Below are positions 29,858 to 39,085 of a stretch of DNA of 64,000 bases, in pieces. Source of the stretch: an uncultured delta proteobacterium (GTDB lineage: Bacteria > Desulfobacterota > Binatia > UBA9968); NCBI GenBank assembly GCA_963727625.1, contig CAVSHR010000008.1, positions 256,001 to 320,000 of the forward strand. The letters are read 5' to 3'. The notes under the pieces were generated by a model. The model searched no databases and was not told the origin of the DNA. It saw nothing but the letters and a program-made list of their open reading frames with translations. Numbering within the stretch: position 1 is the first letter of the stretch; the number at the start of each line of letters is the position of its first letter. Both the position numbers and the translations under genes were made by a program.

Positions 29858-31389
29858 TGGAACGGATTTACATCACCACGCCGCTTTATTACGTCAACGC
29901 CGAGCCGCACCTGGGTCACACTTATACGACCGTCGTGGCAGATACATTGAAGCGTTATTACCAATCGCTGGGCTACGAGACTTTTTTACTGACCGGCACC
30001 GACGAGCATGGCGACAAGATCGCGCAAGCCGCCGCCGCCAATGGCACGACCCCCAAGGAATACTCCGACCGGATCAGCGAACTGTTTCGCTCGACTTGGG
30101 ACACTTGCGGCATAGGCTACGATCACTTCATTCGCACGACCGACGATTACCATCAACAATTCGTGCAGAAGGTCTTGCAAAAAATCTACGACGCCGGTGA
30201 CATCTATTTCGGCGAGTATGGTGGATTTTATTGCTACGGTTGCGAACGTTTTTACACGGAAAAAGAACTGGTCGATGGGAAATGCCCGGACCACCAGACG
30301 GTCCCGGACTACATTAGCGAGAAGAATTATTTCTTCCGCATGAGCAAGTATCAGCAGCAATTGATCGAGGCGATACACACCAAGCCTGAGCTTATTCGGC
30401 CGGAGCGTTACCGCAGCGAAGTTTTGGCGTTTTTACGGGAGCCGCTCGAAGATCTGTGCATTTCGCGCCCAGTCAGCCGTTTGCAGTGGGGCGTTCCGCT
30501 GCCCTTCGATGTCAAGTACGTGACTTACGTCTGGTTCGATGCGTTGCTCAACTACGTGAGTGCTCTGGAGCATCGGGGCGGAGATTCCGTGTCTTCTCTT
30601 TGGCCCAAAGCTAATCATCTCATCGCCAAGGATATCTTGAAGCCGCACGCGATTTATTGGCCGACCATGCTGATGGCCGCGGGACTGCCGCTCTACGATC
30701 ATCTAAACGTGCACGGTTACTGGGTGATGGATTCCGGCAAGATGTCCAAAAGCTTGGGCAACGTCATTCGCCCGCTGGAAATGAAAGCACGCTTCGGCAT
30801 GGATGCGTTCCGCTATTTTCTATTGCGCGAGATGGCGTTCGGTCAGGACGCAAAATTTTCCGAAGAGGCGCTGGTGACAAGAATCAACGCCGACCTGGCC
30901 AACAATCTCGGTAACCTGGTCAGCCGCGTGCTCGCCATGCAGCAGAAGTATTTCGCCGGCGTGGTCCAGCCGTTGAGCTCGGAGTGGGCAGAAGAGGACG
31001 TCAAATTGCGGGATGCTTTTGCCGCCGCGGAATTCGAGCTCAAGAGCCAAATGGAAGAGCTGCAGTTTCACCGAGGTCTGGAAGCTGTTTGGGGGGCGCT
31101 CGATCACGCAAATCGCTATATCGTGCAAACCGCGCCTTTTACGTTGATCAAAGATCCGAGCCAGCAAGCCCGGGTCGGCGAAGTGCTGCACCAGTCGCTC
31201 GAAGTGGTGAGAACTCTATCCCGCTTGCTGGCGCCGTTCTTGCCCGATACCGCTCAGGAATTACGCAAATTGCTCGCTATTGATGAAAGCGGATTGACGG
31301 CTCCGTGGGGTTACGGGTTTGCCGCGGGACATCAAATCAAACCACCAAAAAATCTTTTTCCGCGCATCGAAACCGAAACCAAGAAGTAG
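29857..31389 (+). CDS. metG: Methionine--tRNA ligase (short form, no C-terminal tRNA-binding domain)
   Basis: HLGH (HIGH motif), YVWFDAL, KMSKS and a terminal LFPRIE. Confidence 0.95.
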   Translation: MERIYITTPLYYVNAEPHLGHTYTTVVADTLKRYYQSLGYETFLLTGTDEHGDKIAQAAAANGTTPKEYSDRISELFRSTWDTCGIGYDHFIRTTDDYHQQFVQKVLQKIYDAGDIYFGEYGGFYCYGCERFYTEKELVDGKCPDHQTVPDYISEKNYFFRMSKYQQQLIEAIHTKPELIRPERYRSEVLAFLREPLEDLCISRPVSRLQWGVPLPFDVKYVTYVWFDALLNYVSALEHRGGDSVSSLWPKANHLIAKDILKPHAIYWPTMLMAAGLPLYDHLNVHGYWVMDSGKMSKSLGNVIRPLEMKARFGMDAFRYFLLREMAFGQDAKFSEEALVTRINADLANNLGNLVSRVLAMQQKYFAGVVQPLSSEWAEEDVKLRDAFAAAEFELKSQMEELQFHRGLEAVWGALDHANRYIVQTAPFTLIKDPSQQARVGEVLHQSLEVVRTLSRLLAPFLPDTAQELRKLLAIDESGLTAPWGYGFAAGHQIKPPKNLFPRIETETKK

Positions 31390-31404
31390 TTCTCCGCCGC
31401 AACA

Positions 31405-32175
31405 ATGTTGATCGACAGCCACGCCCACATCCAGGGCAAGGAGTACGCCGGCGAAGCGGCGGATGTCATCGCGCGCGCGCGCGCAGCGGGTGTCGACACG
31501 ATCATCGCCGTTGGCGGCGCCGGCGACATGTCGAGCAACACCGAGGCGGTTGCGCTCGCGGATGCCTTTCCGAATATTTACGCCACTGTCGGAATGCATC
31601 CGCACGATGCGAAAGATGTCGGCGCGGATGAACTTGTTGCCCTTTGTGAGCTGGCGTCCCGTCCCAAAGTGATTGCCGTGGGCGAGACCGGGCTCGATTA
31701 TTATTACAACCATTCACCGCACGACGTGCAACGCCGGGTGTTCACGCAGTTCATCCAGATGGCGCGCGAGACCCGTCTGCCGATTGTGGTGCACGAACGC
31801 GACGCGGCCCAAGAAACGGCGGAGTTACTCCGCAGCGAAGGCATGGGAATGTTACGCGGCGTGATTCACTGCTTCACGGGCAACTACGAAGCGGCCTGCG
31901 CGTATTTGGATCTGGGTTTCTATCTCTCTTTCACCGGCATCATCACGTTCAAGAACGCCGATTCGTTGAGAGAAGTTGTCCGGAAAGTGCCGCTGGAACG
32001 AATGCTTGTAGAAACCGACTCGCCTTTTCTCACGCCGGTGCCGCATCGCGGCAAGCGCAACGAGCCGGCTTACGTCCGTCACGTTGCGGAAACCATTGCC
32101 ACGGTAAAAGGCGTCTCCCTCGACCAGGTTGCAACACAGACGACGGATAACGCCCGCAGCCTGTTTCGGATCTAG
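31405..32175 (+). CDS. tatD: TatD family hydrolase (YcfH-like)
   Basis: DSHAH, GMHPH, GETGLD, HCF and ETDSP motifs. Confidence 0.92.
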   Translation: MLIDSHAHIQGKEYAGEAADVIARARAAGVDTIIAVGGAGDMSSNTEAVALADAFPNIYATVGMHPHDAKDVGADELVALCELASRPKVIAVGETGLDYYYNHSPHDVQRRVFTQFIQMARETRLPIVVHERDAAQETAELLRSEGMGMLRGVIHCFTGNYEAACAYLDLGFYLSFTGIITFKNADSLREVVRKVPLERMLVETDSPFLTPVPHRGKRNEPAYVRHVAETIATVKGVSLDQVATQTTDNARSLFRI

Positions 32176-32313
32176 TTCGAGCGTAAGCTCGGTGCCAGGC
32201 GGAAAGGCGCACCGGCAAATAGCCGAACAAGCGGTGACAATCATGAGCCAGCCTCTGATAGTCTCCATGGGTTATTATTGCCCATAGACGTTCCCTGGCC
32301 TCCAATGGGTTGA

Positions 32314-32805
32314 TTATTCTGCGTGCTCCGAAACCCGTAGCGATGCCGCCCGACCTAGGAAAATATGGGCGCAGAGCAAGGGCAGGACCGCGATCCCGAT
32401 CGCCCAGTGCGTGACGCTGCTCCATTGCCGAGCGGTATCGTCGGCCACGTAATAAAGCAGCCATCCGGTAACTGTCAGCAGGACGTTGATGCCGATTACA
32501 ATGCAGCCCGACCTGCGATTGGCACGCAACGCGAAGCCACGGCGCACATGAATCGCAAGCGTTCCTAGCATCGCCAGGTAGATCAACATCGCCGCGCCAT
32601 GCATTTTCATGGTCGCGCTTTGCAGCGAAGTCCGGACCGGCCCGAGATTGGGATCTTTCAGCCACTCGGCCACCAACCAGACGCTGCCGCTCAGCCAAAC
32701 GAGGCCGAACAGGAGATAAAAAATCCGGCTGTGATTGGGCGCCAGTCGAACCCGCTCGTGAAGCAGCGCCAGGATCTTGCCGGCGCGCTGGTTAGCCTCC
32801 GTCAT
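32314..32805 (-). CDS. 4-TM membrane protein with four His residues (cytochrome b-like partner of flavinylation systems)
   Basis: TM helices with MHG, IHV, THW and AHI. It is last in the ApbE operon and overlaps the apbE stop. Confidence 0.6.
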   Translation of the reverse strand: MTEANQRAGKILALLHERVRLAPNHSRIFYLLFGLVWLSGSVWLVAEWLKDPNLGPVRTSLQSATMKMHGAAMLIYLAMLGTLAIHVRRGFALRANRRSGCIVIGINVLLTVTGWLLYYVADDTARQWSSVTHWAIGIAVLPLLCAHIFLGRAASLRVSEHAE

Positions 32806-33731
32806 GGGGTTCCCTGTTTGCTCCCTCGATTACAGACCGGTAGCGTTTGCGAAAGATTCCAGTTCACGCCGCCTTCGGATGGTCGCAATTCAATGGCTTT
32901 GGCCTCGAAGTGATCGAGCAAAGCCGCACCGGCTTGCCGGTCGAGCGCCAGCACTTTGGTCAACGCGTCAGCCCACATGCAGGCGGCGGCGATAACGGTG
33001 ACGCTGTGGCGCAGGTCGAGCATTTCTCCCGTGCGCGGGTCGAGGTAGGGACTTAGGAGTCTCGAAGCTACCTTGCGGCAGCGGATATAGCCGCTGCTTG
33101 TCGCCACTGCGCCCGTCTGAATCGTGCCGATGCAAAGAAGCCGCTGCGGCGCTGAAGGATCGCGGATCCATAGAGGGTCATTCCTGGCGCCGAAGATGCG
33201 AAAATCTCCGCCGGCATTGACACAGGCCGAAGTTGCGCCGGCTGCGGTCAGCGCTTCTAGGGCACGATCGACCGCAAATCCCTTGGCAATACCGCCGAGA
33301 TCGAGACGCATAGGGCGCCGCAGGCGGAGTCGACGGCGATCCAACAATTCGATGTCGCCCATCGTCCCATCGATCCGTCCGCGGGATTGTCGCCGCCAGG
33401 CCGGCAGAAAAGAATTGCGCTCCAAGCTTGCGCCGATGGTGATATCGAAGACCCCGCTGCTTAAAAAATGGAGTTTTTGGGCGGCCTCGATCACTTCGTA
33501 AGTCCAAGGGTGAACGGCTACGGCGGTAGCGCCACGGGCATTGAAAAGCCGGCCGAGATCGCTTTGTGGATCATGGGCGCTCATGTGCCGTTCGACTCTG
33601 GCGATTTGCCGAAACGCTCGTTCGATGGCGTGCACGGCTACGTCTTTCGAAAGGCCGCGCACGCGCATTTCGACAAACGTGCCGAGCATCGGCCGCATCC
33701 GGCGAACCTCAGTGTCTGGCCAGCGCGACAT
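32802..33731 (-). CDS. apbE: FAD:protein FMN transferase
   Basis: MLGT, FDITIG, DLGGIAKGFAVD, NAGGD, VATS, DPRTG and ADALTK. Confidence 0.92.
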   Translation of the reverse strand: MSRWPDTEVRRMRPMLGTFVEMRVRGLSKDVAVHAIERAFRQIARVERHMSAHDPQSDLGRLFNARGATAVAVHPWTYEVIEAAQKLHFLSSGVFDITIGASLERNSFLPAWRRQSRGRIDGTMGDIELLDRRRLRLRRPMRLDLGGIAKGFAVDRALEALTAAGATSACVNAGGDFRIFGARNDPLWIRDPSAPQRLLCIGTIQTGAVATSSGYIRCRKVASRLLSPYLDPRTGEMLDLRHSVTVIAAACMWADALTKVLALDRQAGAALLDHFEAKAIELRPSEGGVNWNLSQTLPVCNRGSKQGTP

Positions 33732-34257
33732 AATAAAGGGCCAGATTGCGGCGGATACCTTCGGTGACATGCTGGCACGAAAGTGTGGCGCCGCTAATGT
33801 TGCGAACGTCTTTGTCCAATTTCAAGCTGTCCGCCGCGCCTTTGCCGATAAACTGGGCGCGCCATGCTCGGTTTCTCACTCCGCCGCCAAAGCTCTCGCG
33901 GTATTCGAGGATTTCGACGCCGACGATCTTTCCATCAGGTCCGATGGCCATCGCGTAGGTGATGAACTCATGCTTGCCGTAAACTTCGTCGACAATCACC
34001 ACGCCCAAGCTTTGATGATGCGCCTTCGCTTCCCACACGCGATAGCGCTTGAGCCGCATGCGCGTGTGCGCGCGGCTTTCGATCTGCGCGATCTGAGACG
34101 CCGATAAATCCAGTTTTTGCTCCAGGAAAACATCCGCCGCCGGAAAGAACACGCGCTGTGCCTGCTCAACGGTGAGAAATTGCGCCGCATGGGCGGTGGC
34201 CGCCAGGACCGGCACGGAAAGGGTATAACGCAACAACTTCATGGTCGACGACATCAA
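33709..34257 (-). CDS. Exported FMN-binding (flavinylated) protein
   Basis: Signal peptide and flavinylation motif ISGATLS. It is adjacent to apbE. Confidence 0.88.
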   Translation of the reverse strand: MMSSTMKLLRYTLSVPVLAATAHAAQFLTVEQAQRVFFPAADVFLEQKLDLSASQIAQIESRAHTRMRLKRYRVWEAKAHHQSLGVVIVDEVYGKHEFITYAMAIGPDGKIVGVEILEYRESFGGGVRNRAWRAQFIGKGAADSLKLDKDVRNISGATLSCQHVTEGIRRNLALYYVALARH

Positions 34258-35132
34258 AACACGTACGCGATCTTGAGCCTGAACTCGTAGCGTTCATGCT
34301 CACCGAGGTGTAAACCCGTCGGGCGCCCCAGCGTTCTTGGCCAACCGTGAATCTGCGGCAGGAAGGTAAGCGTGAACCACCATTTTTCCGAACCGTAGTG
34401 GAGGTTGGGGCCGAGAAAATACGCGCCATGCTCCTTCTTTCCGAACTCTGGATATTCGGAATGGTAGCGTCCTTCGATGCCTGCGAACCAGTTGGGCAGA
34501 ACGCGATACGAGGCGCCGACGGTATGCTCAACCTCGAGCTCTTTCTCCCGTTCCCCGCTCGCCGTGAATTTGCTCCACTCGGGTTCCAGGGTCAGATTGT
34601 AAGCGAGCGCGAGTTGGTCGTCGAAGAAGTTTTTCTGAAACATCAGTTTGGTTTCGAGGCCGAATTGGTTCATGCGCTCGCCGGAGATTTTGTGAATTCT
34701 CGAATAGGACGGCTCGAGATAGAGCGAGAGGCCGAACAGGTCCTTGTAGACGCTTAACAAGTTATATTTGAAAGCCACGTTGACGCCATCGAATTCCAGG
34801 CTGCGGCTTAAATTTCTCCCTGGATCGTCGTCCAGGGCGCCTCCGGCGATGCGGTGCGATCTGCCTTTGAGATAAAATGATGCTTGAAAGCGGTCGGTGA
34901 AGCCGTGCTCGAGTTCGAGCATCTCGTCCCAGCCCCGGTAGGTTCCCTTGCCCTTGCCGGTGCGAAGCGTCAACCAGTTGTAAATCTCGGTGCCGCCCTT
35001 GGGCAGGGTGTCCGTGCCATAAACATAGCCCCAGAGATTTTCATCGGCGCGAACTTGGTCGATTAGGAACGGCGCGGGAAGCAAGAGCGCGACAACGAGC
35101 GTCAAGTGAACAATAAACGAACGGTAGTACAT
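34254..35132 (-). CDS. Outer-membrane beta-barrel protein (DUF6662-like)
   Basis: Signal peptide, ENLWGYVYGTDTLPKG, alternating beta pattern and terminal Phe (IAYVF). Confidence 0.7.
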   Translation of the reverse strand: MYYRSFIVHLTLVVALLLPAPFLIDQVRADENLWGYVYGTDTLPKGGTEIYNWLTLRTGKGKGTYRGWDEMLELEHGFTDRFQASFYLKGRSHRIAGGALDDDPGRNLSRSLEFDGVNVAFKYNLLSVYKDLFGLSLYLEPSYSRIHKISGERMNQFGLETKLMFQKNFFDDQLALAYNLTLEPEWSKFTASGEREKELEVEHTVGASYRVLPNWFAGIEGRYHSEYPEFGKKEHGAYFLGPNLHYGSEKWWFTLTFLPQIHGWPRTLGRPTGLHLGEHERYEFRLKIAYVF

Positions 35133-35230
35133 TTTTCTCTCCTTCCAATGAGCAACAATTTGATTCGGCGACTGATATCAAATCTTCCGTTTGCCACCGG
35201 ACTCCGACGTCTCGGCGAATTATTTTTCGC

Positions 35231-35300
35231 AAAAATAAAAAGCCCAGGGTCCGCCGTTTATGACGGAACGCTGGGCTCTGGATTCTCGACCTCTGGCCGC
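35231..35300 (-). promoter_or_regulatory. Attenuator-like RNA: tandem CCAGAG / GAG..CC repeats overlapping the 5' arm of an intrinsic terminator
   Basis: The RNA reads GCGGCCAGAGGUCGAGAAUCCAGAGCCCAG-CG-UUCCGUC-AUAAAC-GGCGGA-CC-CUGGGCU-UUUUAUUUUU. Confidence 0.65.
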
Positions 35301-35331
35301 TTAATTTAGCTCTTTAAAACCAAAAACTATC

Positions 35332-35523
35332 TCACAAATTCATGCGTATGCTCCCCTTGGCATCGAACGGCAGGATGACTTGCCGTTTACAGCGGCGGCA
35401 TTTGATTTCCACCCCGGTTTCCACCATGCGCGCGAGCAGACTGCCGCAACTGCAGCGCAGCGACGATGCGGATTTCGCGGCGGCGCCGGTCTTATTCTGT
35501 TTTAGCTCTAAACGGACCTGCAT
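35332..35523 (-). CDS. Com-family (phage Mu Com-like) zinc-ribbon regulator
   Basis: LRCSCGSLLARM..GVEIKCRRCKR. Its ATG directly follows the FTR1 stop (TAAATG). Confidence 0.75.
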   Translation of the reverse strand: MQVRLELKQNKTGAAAKSASSLRCSCGSLLARMVETGVEIKCRRCKRQVILPFDAKGSIRMNL

Positions 35524-37458
35524 TTACGTCTTCTTCCGTTCTCTGGCCAGCCAATACGATGTGGCGATGAATGCGCAAAGCATAAGACTTTGAGCCGCCA
35601 GAGTTTCGACCGTGGGGTAGATGCCGAGCAGCGGGACCGCTTTCGGTACGCTTAAAGGCGTCATCGGCACCCATAACGCCGCCTGGAGTTCTTTGATGCC
35701 GTTGCCGGCGAAGATGAACGCCATTATGTAAAGCAAAGTGCCGGTCGCCCCAAAGAAATATTTCAACGGTATTTTCAGCCCAAGCTTGAGGATGGCCATG
35801 GTGATGAGCACCAGTGCTGCAAGGCCCGCGGCTAGGCCCCAGAGTATCGAGGCATGGGTGCTTTCATTCTGCAGCCACAATGCCTGATAAAAGAGCACGA
35901 CTTCGAAGGCTTCCCGATAGACGGCGAAGAAGGAAATGCCCATCAGGCCAAAAACACTTTTGCTGGAAAGACTGTTTTTGACCTTGTCCTGGATAAACGC
36001 ATGCCACTTTTTCGCTTCGGACCGGGTATGGAGCCAAAAGCCTACATAAAACAGCGCCACCGCGGCAAAAATGGAAATAAATCCTTCCATACTCTCCCGG
36101 TGCTGACCGCTAAGCGTCAATACTGACTGGGTGGCCAACCAGGTCAGCCCGCCCAACACGAGGGCCAAAATCCAGCCTAAATGGATATAACGAATGGCTT
36201 CCTTCGCCCCCATCACTTTCAGCATCGCCAGGATTGCGGCCAAGATCAGCGTCGCCTCAAGCCCTTCTCGAAGAATGATGAGCGCAGAATTGGTGAAGGT
36301 GTAGTAACTGGAGAGATCATCTTGGCGCGCCAGCATTCGTTCGGCTTGATCGAGCTTGGTCTCCATCTCGCGATGGCGCTTATCTAGATCTTCGGCGGAA
36401 ACTCCTTGTTTGATCGCGTTGCGAAATTCCGTGAATTGGGTTTCGAGATTGCGGCCAAAAGTCATGTCTTTGGCGAATACGGCTGGTTCCGCCAGATCGT
36501 AGCCGTCAATGTACGCGTCGACGGCCTTTTGGTAAGCCTTTTCTTTGTCCCCCTGTTTGTAGAGCTCCACCGCCTCGCGCACGAGGCCGCGCGCGACCGA
36601 CAGGGGGTCGTTTGCCACTGCCTGCAAGTGGCCGCGCCGCAGGTAGGCGAGCATATTCATCGCGTCCGATTCGTTGCCGGCGTAGCTCTTCAGTTTGTCG
36701 AGCAGTTGAGCATCGCTGCTGGTCGCCAGGTTGGCGACGGTGAGCAAATCCGTCGGCACCTTTTTCTCTTGGAGCAGGCGCGCGCCGGCCTTGGAGGCGT
36801 CGTCGGAAAAGCGCAGCGTGAAGATATAGAAGGCGACCTGCCACCGCTGTTCTTCGGAGAGCGCGGCGAAGGAGGCCATTGCCGTGCCTTCGATACCGAA
36901 GCTTGCGGTATTGAAAACTTTAAACGGAGACAGCCCGCCGATCCGTTCGGGATCGGTAAAATTCGCCGGTGGCGGCGTTTTCGGGTTCATCGACTCGCGG
37001 CCCGAGCCATCGCCTTTGCCGGTGGCGCCGTGGCATTGAGCGCAGTTTTCGTCATAGATTGTCTTGCCGATGGCGAATGACGGCAGACGGCGCGGATAAG
37101 GGATAATGTTATAGCCGGCAATGAGTTTTTCCTTGACGCTCATTGCCGCCTCGGCGACAGCTTTAGGGTCGCCTTTGTTGCCGATTCGCTTAACCAGCGC
37201 GGTTAACTCAGATTCGACTCCCGCTTTGTCGGCCTTATCATTGGCCTTCAGCTGGTTGAAAATATCGACACTGCGTTTGGCAAATTCCTGCATCTCGCCG
37301 TACTCGTCCTGGCTCAGCACCTTGCCGTCCTGCACCGCGTTTTTATAGTCGCTGCCGAGATAGTCGAGCAACGCGACGAGTCGCCTCGCTTCGTCGGCAG
37401 CCCACAAACGCGGGCTGGCTGTCAGGAGTAGAAGGACGACGATTAGAATAATCCGCAT
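35524..37458 (-). CDS. FTR1/EfeU-family iron permease fused to a cytochrome c domain (PbrT-like architecture)
   Basis: Signal peptide, LLDYLGSDY, CAQCH heme motif, and two REXXE motifs (REGLE, REAFE). Confidence 0.9.
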   Translation of the reverse strand: MRIILIVVLLLLTASPRLWAADEARRLVALLDYLGSDYKNAVQDGKVLSQDEYGEMQEFAKRSVDIFNQLKANDKADKAGVESELTALVKRIGNKGDPKAVAEAAMSVKEKLIAGYNIIPYPRRLPSFAIGKTIYDENCAQCHGATGKGDGSGRESMNPKTPPPANFTDPERIGGLSPFKVFNTASFGIEGTAMASFAALSEEQRWQVAFYIFTLRFSDDASKAGARLLQEKKVPTDLLTVANLATSSDAQLLDKLKSYAGNESDAMNMLAYLRRGHLQAVANDPLSVARGLVREAVELYKQGDKEKAYQKAVDAYIDGYDLAEPAVFAKDMTFGRNLETQFTEFRNAIKQGVSAEDLDKRHREMETKLDQAERMLARQDDLSSYYTFTNSALIILREGLEATLILAAILAMLKVMGAKEAIRYIHLGWILALVLGGLTWLATQSVLTLSGQHRESMEGFISIFAAVALFYVGFWLHTRSEAKKWHAFIQDKVKNSLSSKSVFGLMGISFFAVYREAFEVVLFYQALWLQNESTHASILWGLAAGLAALVLITMAILKLGLKIPLKYFFGATGTLLYIMAFIFAGNGIKELQAALWVPMTPLSVPKAVPLLGIYPTVETLAAQSLMLCAFIATSYWLARERKKT

Positions 37459-37502
37459 TATGTGGCTCCAGGTCCAATAGTTTGTGCGCCTGAACTCAAG
37501 AT

Positions 37503-37537
37503 ATTCGTATATGCAAATAAAAAAAGTTTGTCAATTC
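37503..37537 (-). promoter_or_regulatory. sigma70 promoter of the FTR1 operon with putative DtxR/MntR operator
   Basis: The minus strand reads GAA-TTGACA-N10-ATTTG-CATATA-CGAAT. Confidence 0.65.
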
Positions 37538-37888
37538 AATTAACTTGACTTAAGCGTTGGTCATATATGGTCTTTGTAGTGCACGTGGAGCTTGGTAGCA
37601 CCGTCGATATGAGACGCGACCAGATTGTTTTGCTCGGTAGGAAGCCGCTCGCCGTCACCGGAATGATCGGCTTAACCACGAGCATTGGCGTGGAGATCGA
37701 CAGCCGGCCGAGCGCGTCGAGCCGCTCGATGACCGAGTGGAAGAATATTGGTGAGTGAACCGCGACAACTCGGTTCATGGCTTCGGAGATTCGCCGGAAA
37801 TTTTGCTTATCTTGAACTTCGCAGTTCCCTGAAATAGGATGCAGTCTATAGCAGCAGAGCCATTCTAGCGATATCAACGATCAGCTTA

Positions 37889-37923
37889 GAATTGACAAAC
37901 TTACAAGATTCGCTGTACCGAAA
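37889..37923 (+). promoter_or_regulatory. sigma70 promoter of the DtxR-family gene with putative operator (autoregulation)
   Basis: GAA-TTGACA-N10-ATTCG-CTGTAC-CGAAA, the same layout as the divergent FTR1 promoter. Confidence 0.65.
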
Positions 37924-37943
37924 AATACTGCTTAGCAAACGTC

Positions 37944-38612
37944 ATGGAAGCCCCGAGAGTTACCCACGCGATTGAAGATTATTTGAAGGCGATCTACCAG
38001 CTTTCATCCGAGGAAACGAAGCCGGTGATCGCAGCCAGGATCGCTGCTGAGACCGGCGTCTCGGCGTCGACGATCTTTGCCACCCTGCGCCGTCTGGCCA
38101 AAGAAGGTTACGTGACGATCAATCGGCGCAAGGAGATTCATCTGACCGACGACGGCAAGCGGGTAGCGGAAAACATCGTGCGGCGGCATTTTTTGACCGA
38201 GCGTTTTCTAACCGATCTGCTGGGGCTGGATTGGGTCAAGGCGCACCAGGAGGCGCACCGCCTGGAGCATGCGATATCGCAAGATGTAGAGGAACGGTTA
38301 GCGAAGTTGCTCAGCCATCCGACCACTTGCCCGCACGGCAATCCGATACCGGGTGCCAGTGCAAGCCCGCCGCCGAAGACGATGCCGCTGAGCGAGACCG
38401 TCGATGGACAGCAGGTCGAGCTCGATTACATTACCGAGGGCGGCGAGCGCGATGTGCGCCTGCTCGGTTACCTGCAGGATCACGGGTTACGCCCCGGCGC
38501 GAGAGTTCACGTGCTCGACGTGGCGCCGTCACTTGGCATGATGACGCTAAAGGTCAATGAGGAGGAGTTTTCCCTGGGAATCGAGGCGGCAAAGAAGATC
38601 CGCGTCCACTGA
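37944..38612 (+). CDS. DtxR/MntR-family metal-dependent repressor with FeoA-like C-terminal domain
   Basis: EDYLKAIY, RRHFLTERFL, EAHRLEHAIS and CPHGNPIP. Confidence 0.92.
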   Translation: MEAPRVTHAIEDYLKAIYQLSSEETKPVIAARIAAETGVSASTIFATLRRLAKEGYVTINRRKEIHLTDDGKRVAENIVRRHFLTERFLTDLLGLDWVKAHQEAHRLEHAISQDVEERLAKLLSHPTTCPHGNPIPGASASPPPKTMPLSETVDGQQVELDYITEGGERDVRLLGYLQDHGLRPGARVHVLDVAPSLGMMTLKVNEEEFSLGIEAAKKIRVH

Positions 38613-38631
38613 TGGACGGCGAAGTCGCCGG

Positions 38632-38907
38632 TTAGCTAGCTGCGATTGTGGCGGGTGGCTCCGCGCTTTGCTCTAGGCTGGTTTGCCGCTCGGCCAGCTC
38701 ACTGGCGAGAAATTCGATCTTGTCGCTCACCCGGGCATCGCGGTCGATCAAAATAAGTTCTTGACCATTGACCCGGCAGCTGCCGCTCTTGGGGCGGTAA
38801 CCGGCCTCACGCAACAGTTTCTCGGTGCGCACCTGGATGTTCAGCTGTTTGGCGCTGAGGATCAGTTCCTGAAGACGGGTTTCCTGCTTATTCTTGGTTT
38901 GGGCCAT
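38632..38907 (-). CDS. Small conserved-looking hypothetical protein
   Basis: LNIQVRTEKL..SGSCRVNG..LILIDR pattern with a natural protein composition. Confidence 0.6.
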   Translation of the reverse strand: MAQTKNKQETRLQELILSAKQLNIQVRTEKLLREAGYRPKSGSCRVNGQELILIDRDARVSDKIEFLASELAERQTSLEQSAEPPATIAAS

Positions 38908-39085
38908 CGGCTTACTCGACGATTAAACGGATTATCGCCAAAATCACGCCAACTGTAAACCTACCGGCAATTTTTTTCCCTTGCAATAGAAACATTCCTT
39001 GTTATCGTAAAATGGCCAAGTTAATCGAGAGTCGGTTGACGGCATTACCGCTGGTGGAGGGTGGCGCAGACTTCGGGAGACAAGC

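Noticed and set aside
28230-32175. tmk-holB-metG-tatD lacking the PSP1/RicT gene and with a short MetG
   Set aside because: Both variants are common; this is ordinary housekeeping synteny.
35332-35523. Com-like gene as evidence of a prophage
   Set aside because: There are no phage structural, integrase or mom genes around it, and it is embedded in a host metal-uptake operon.
37536-37877. ORFs on either strand between FTR1 and the DtxR gene
   Set aside because: No clear RBS or recognisable motif. It might be a real small protein or a remnant, but I cannot support a call.
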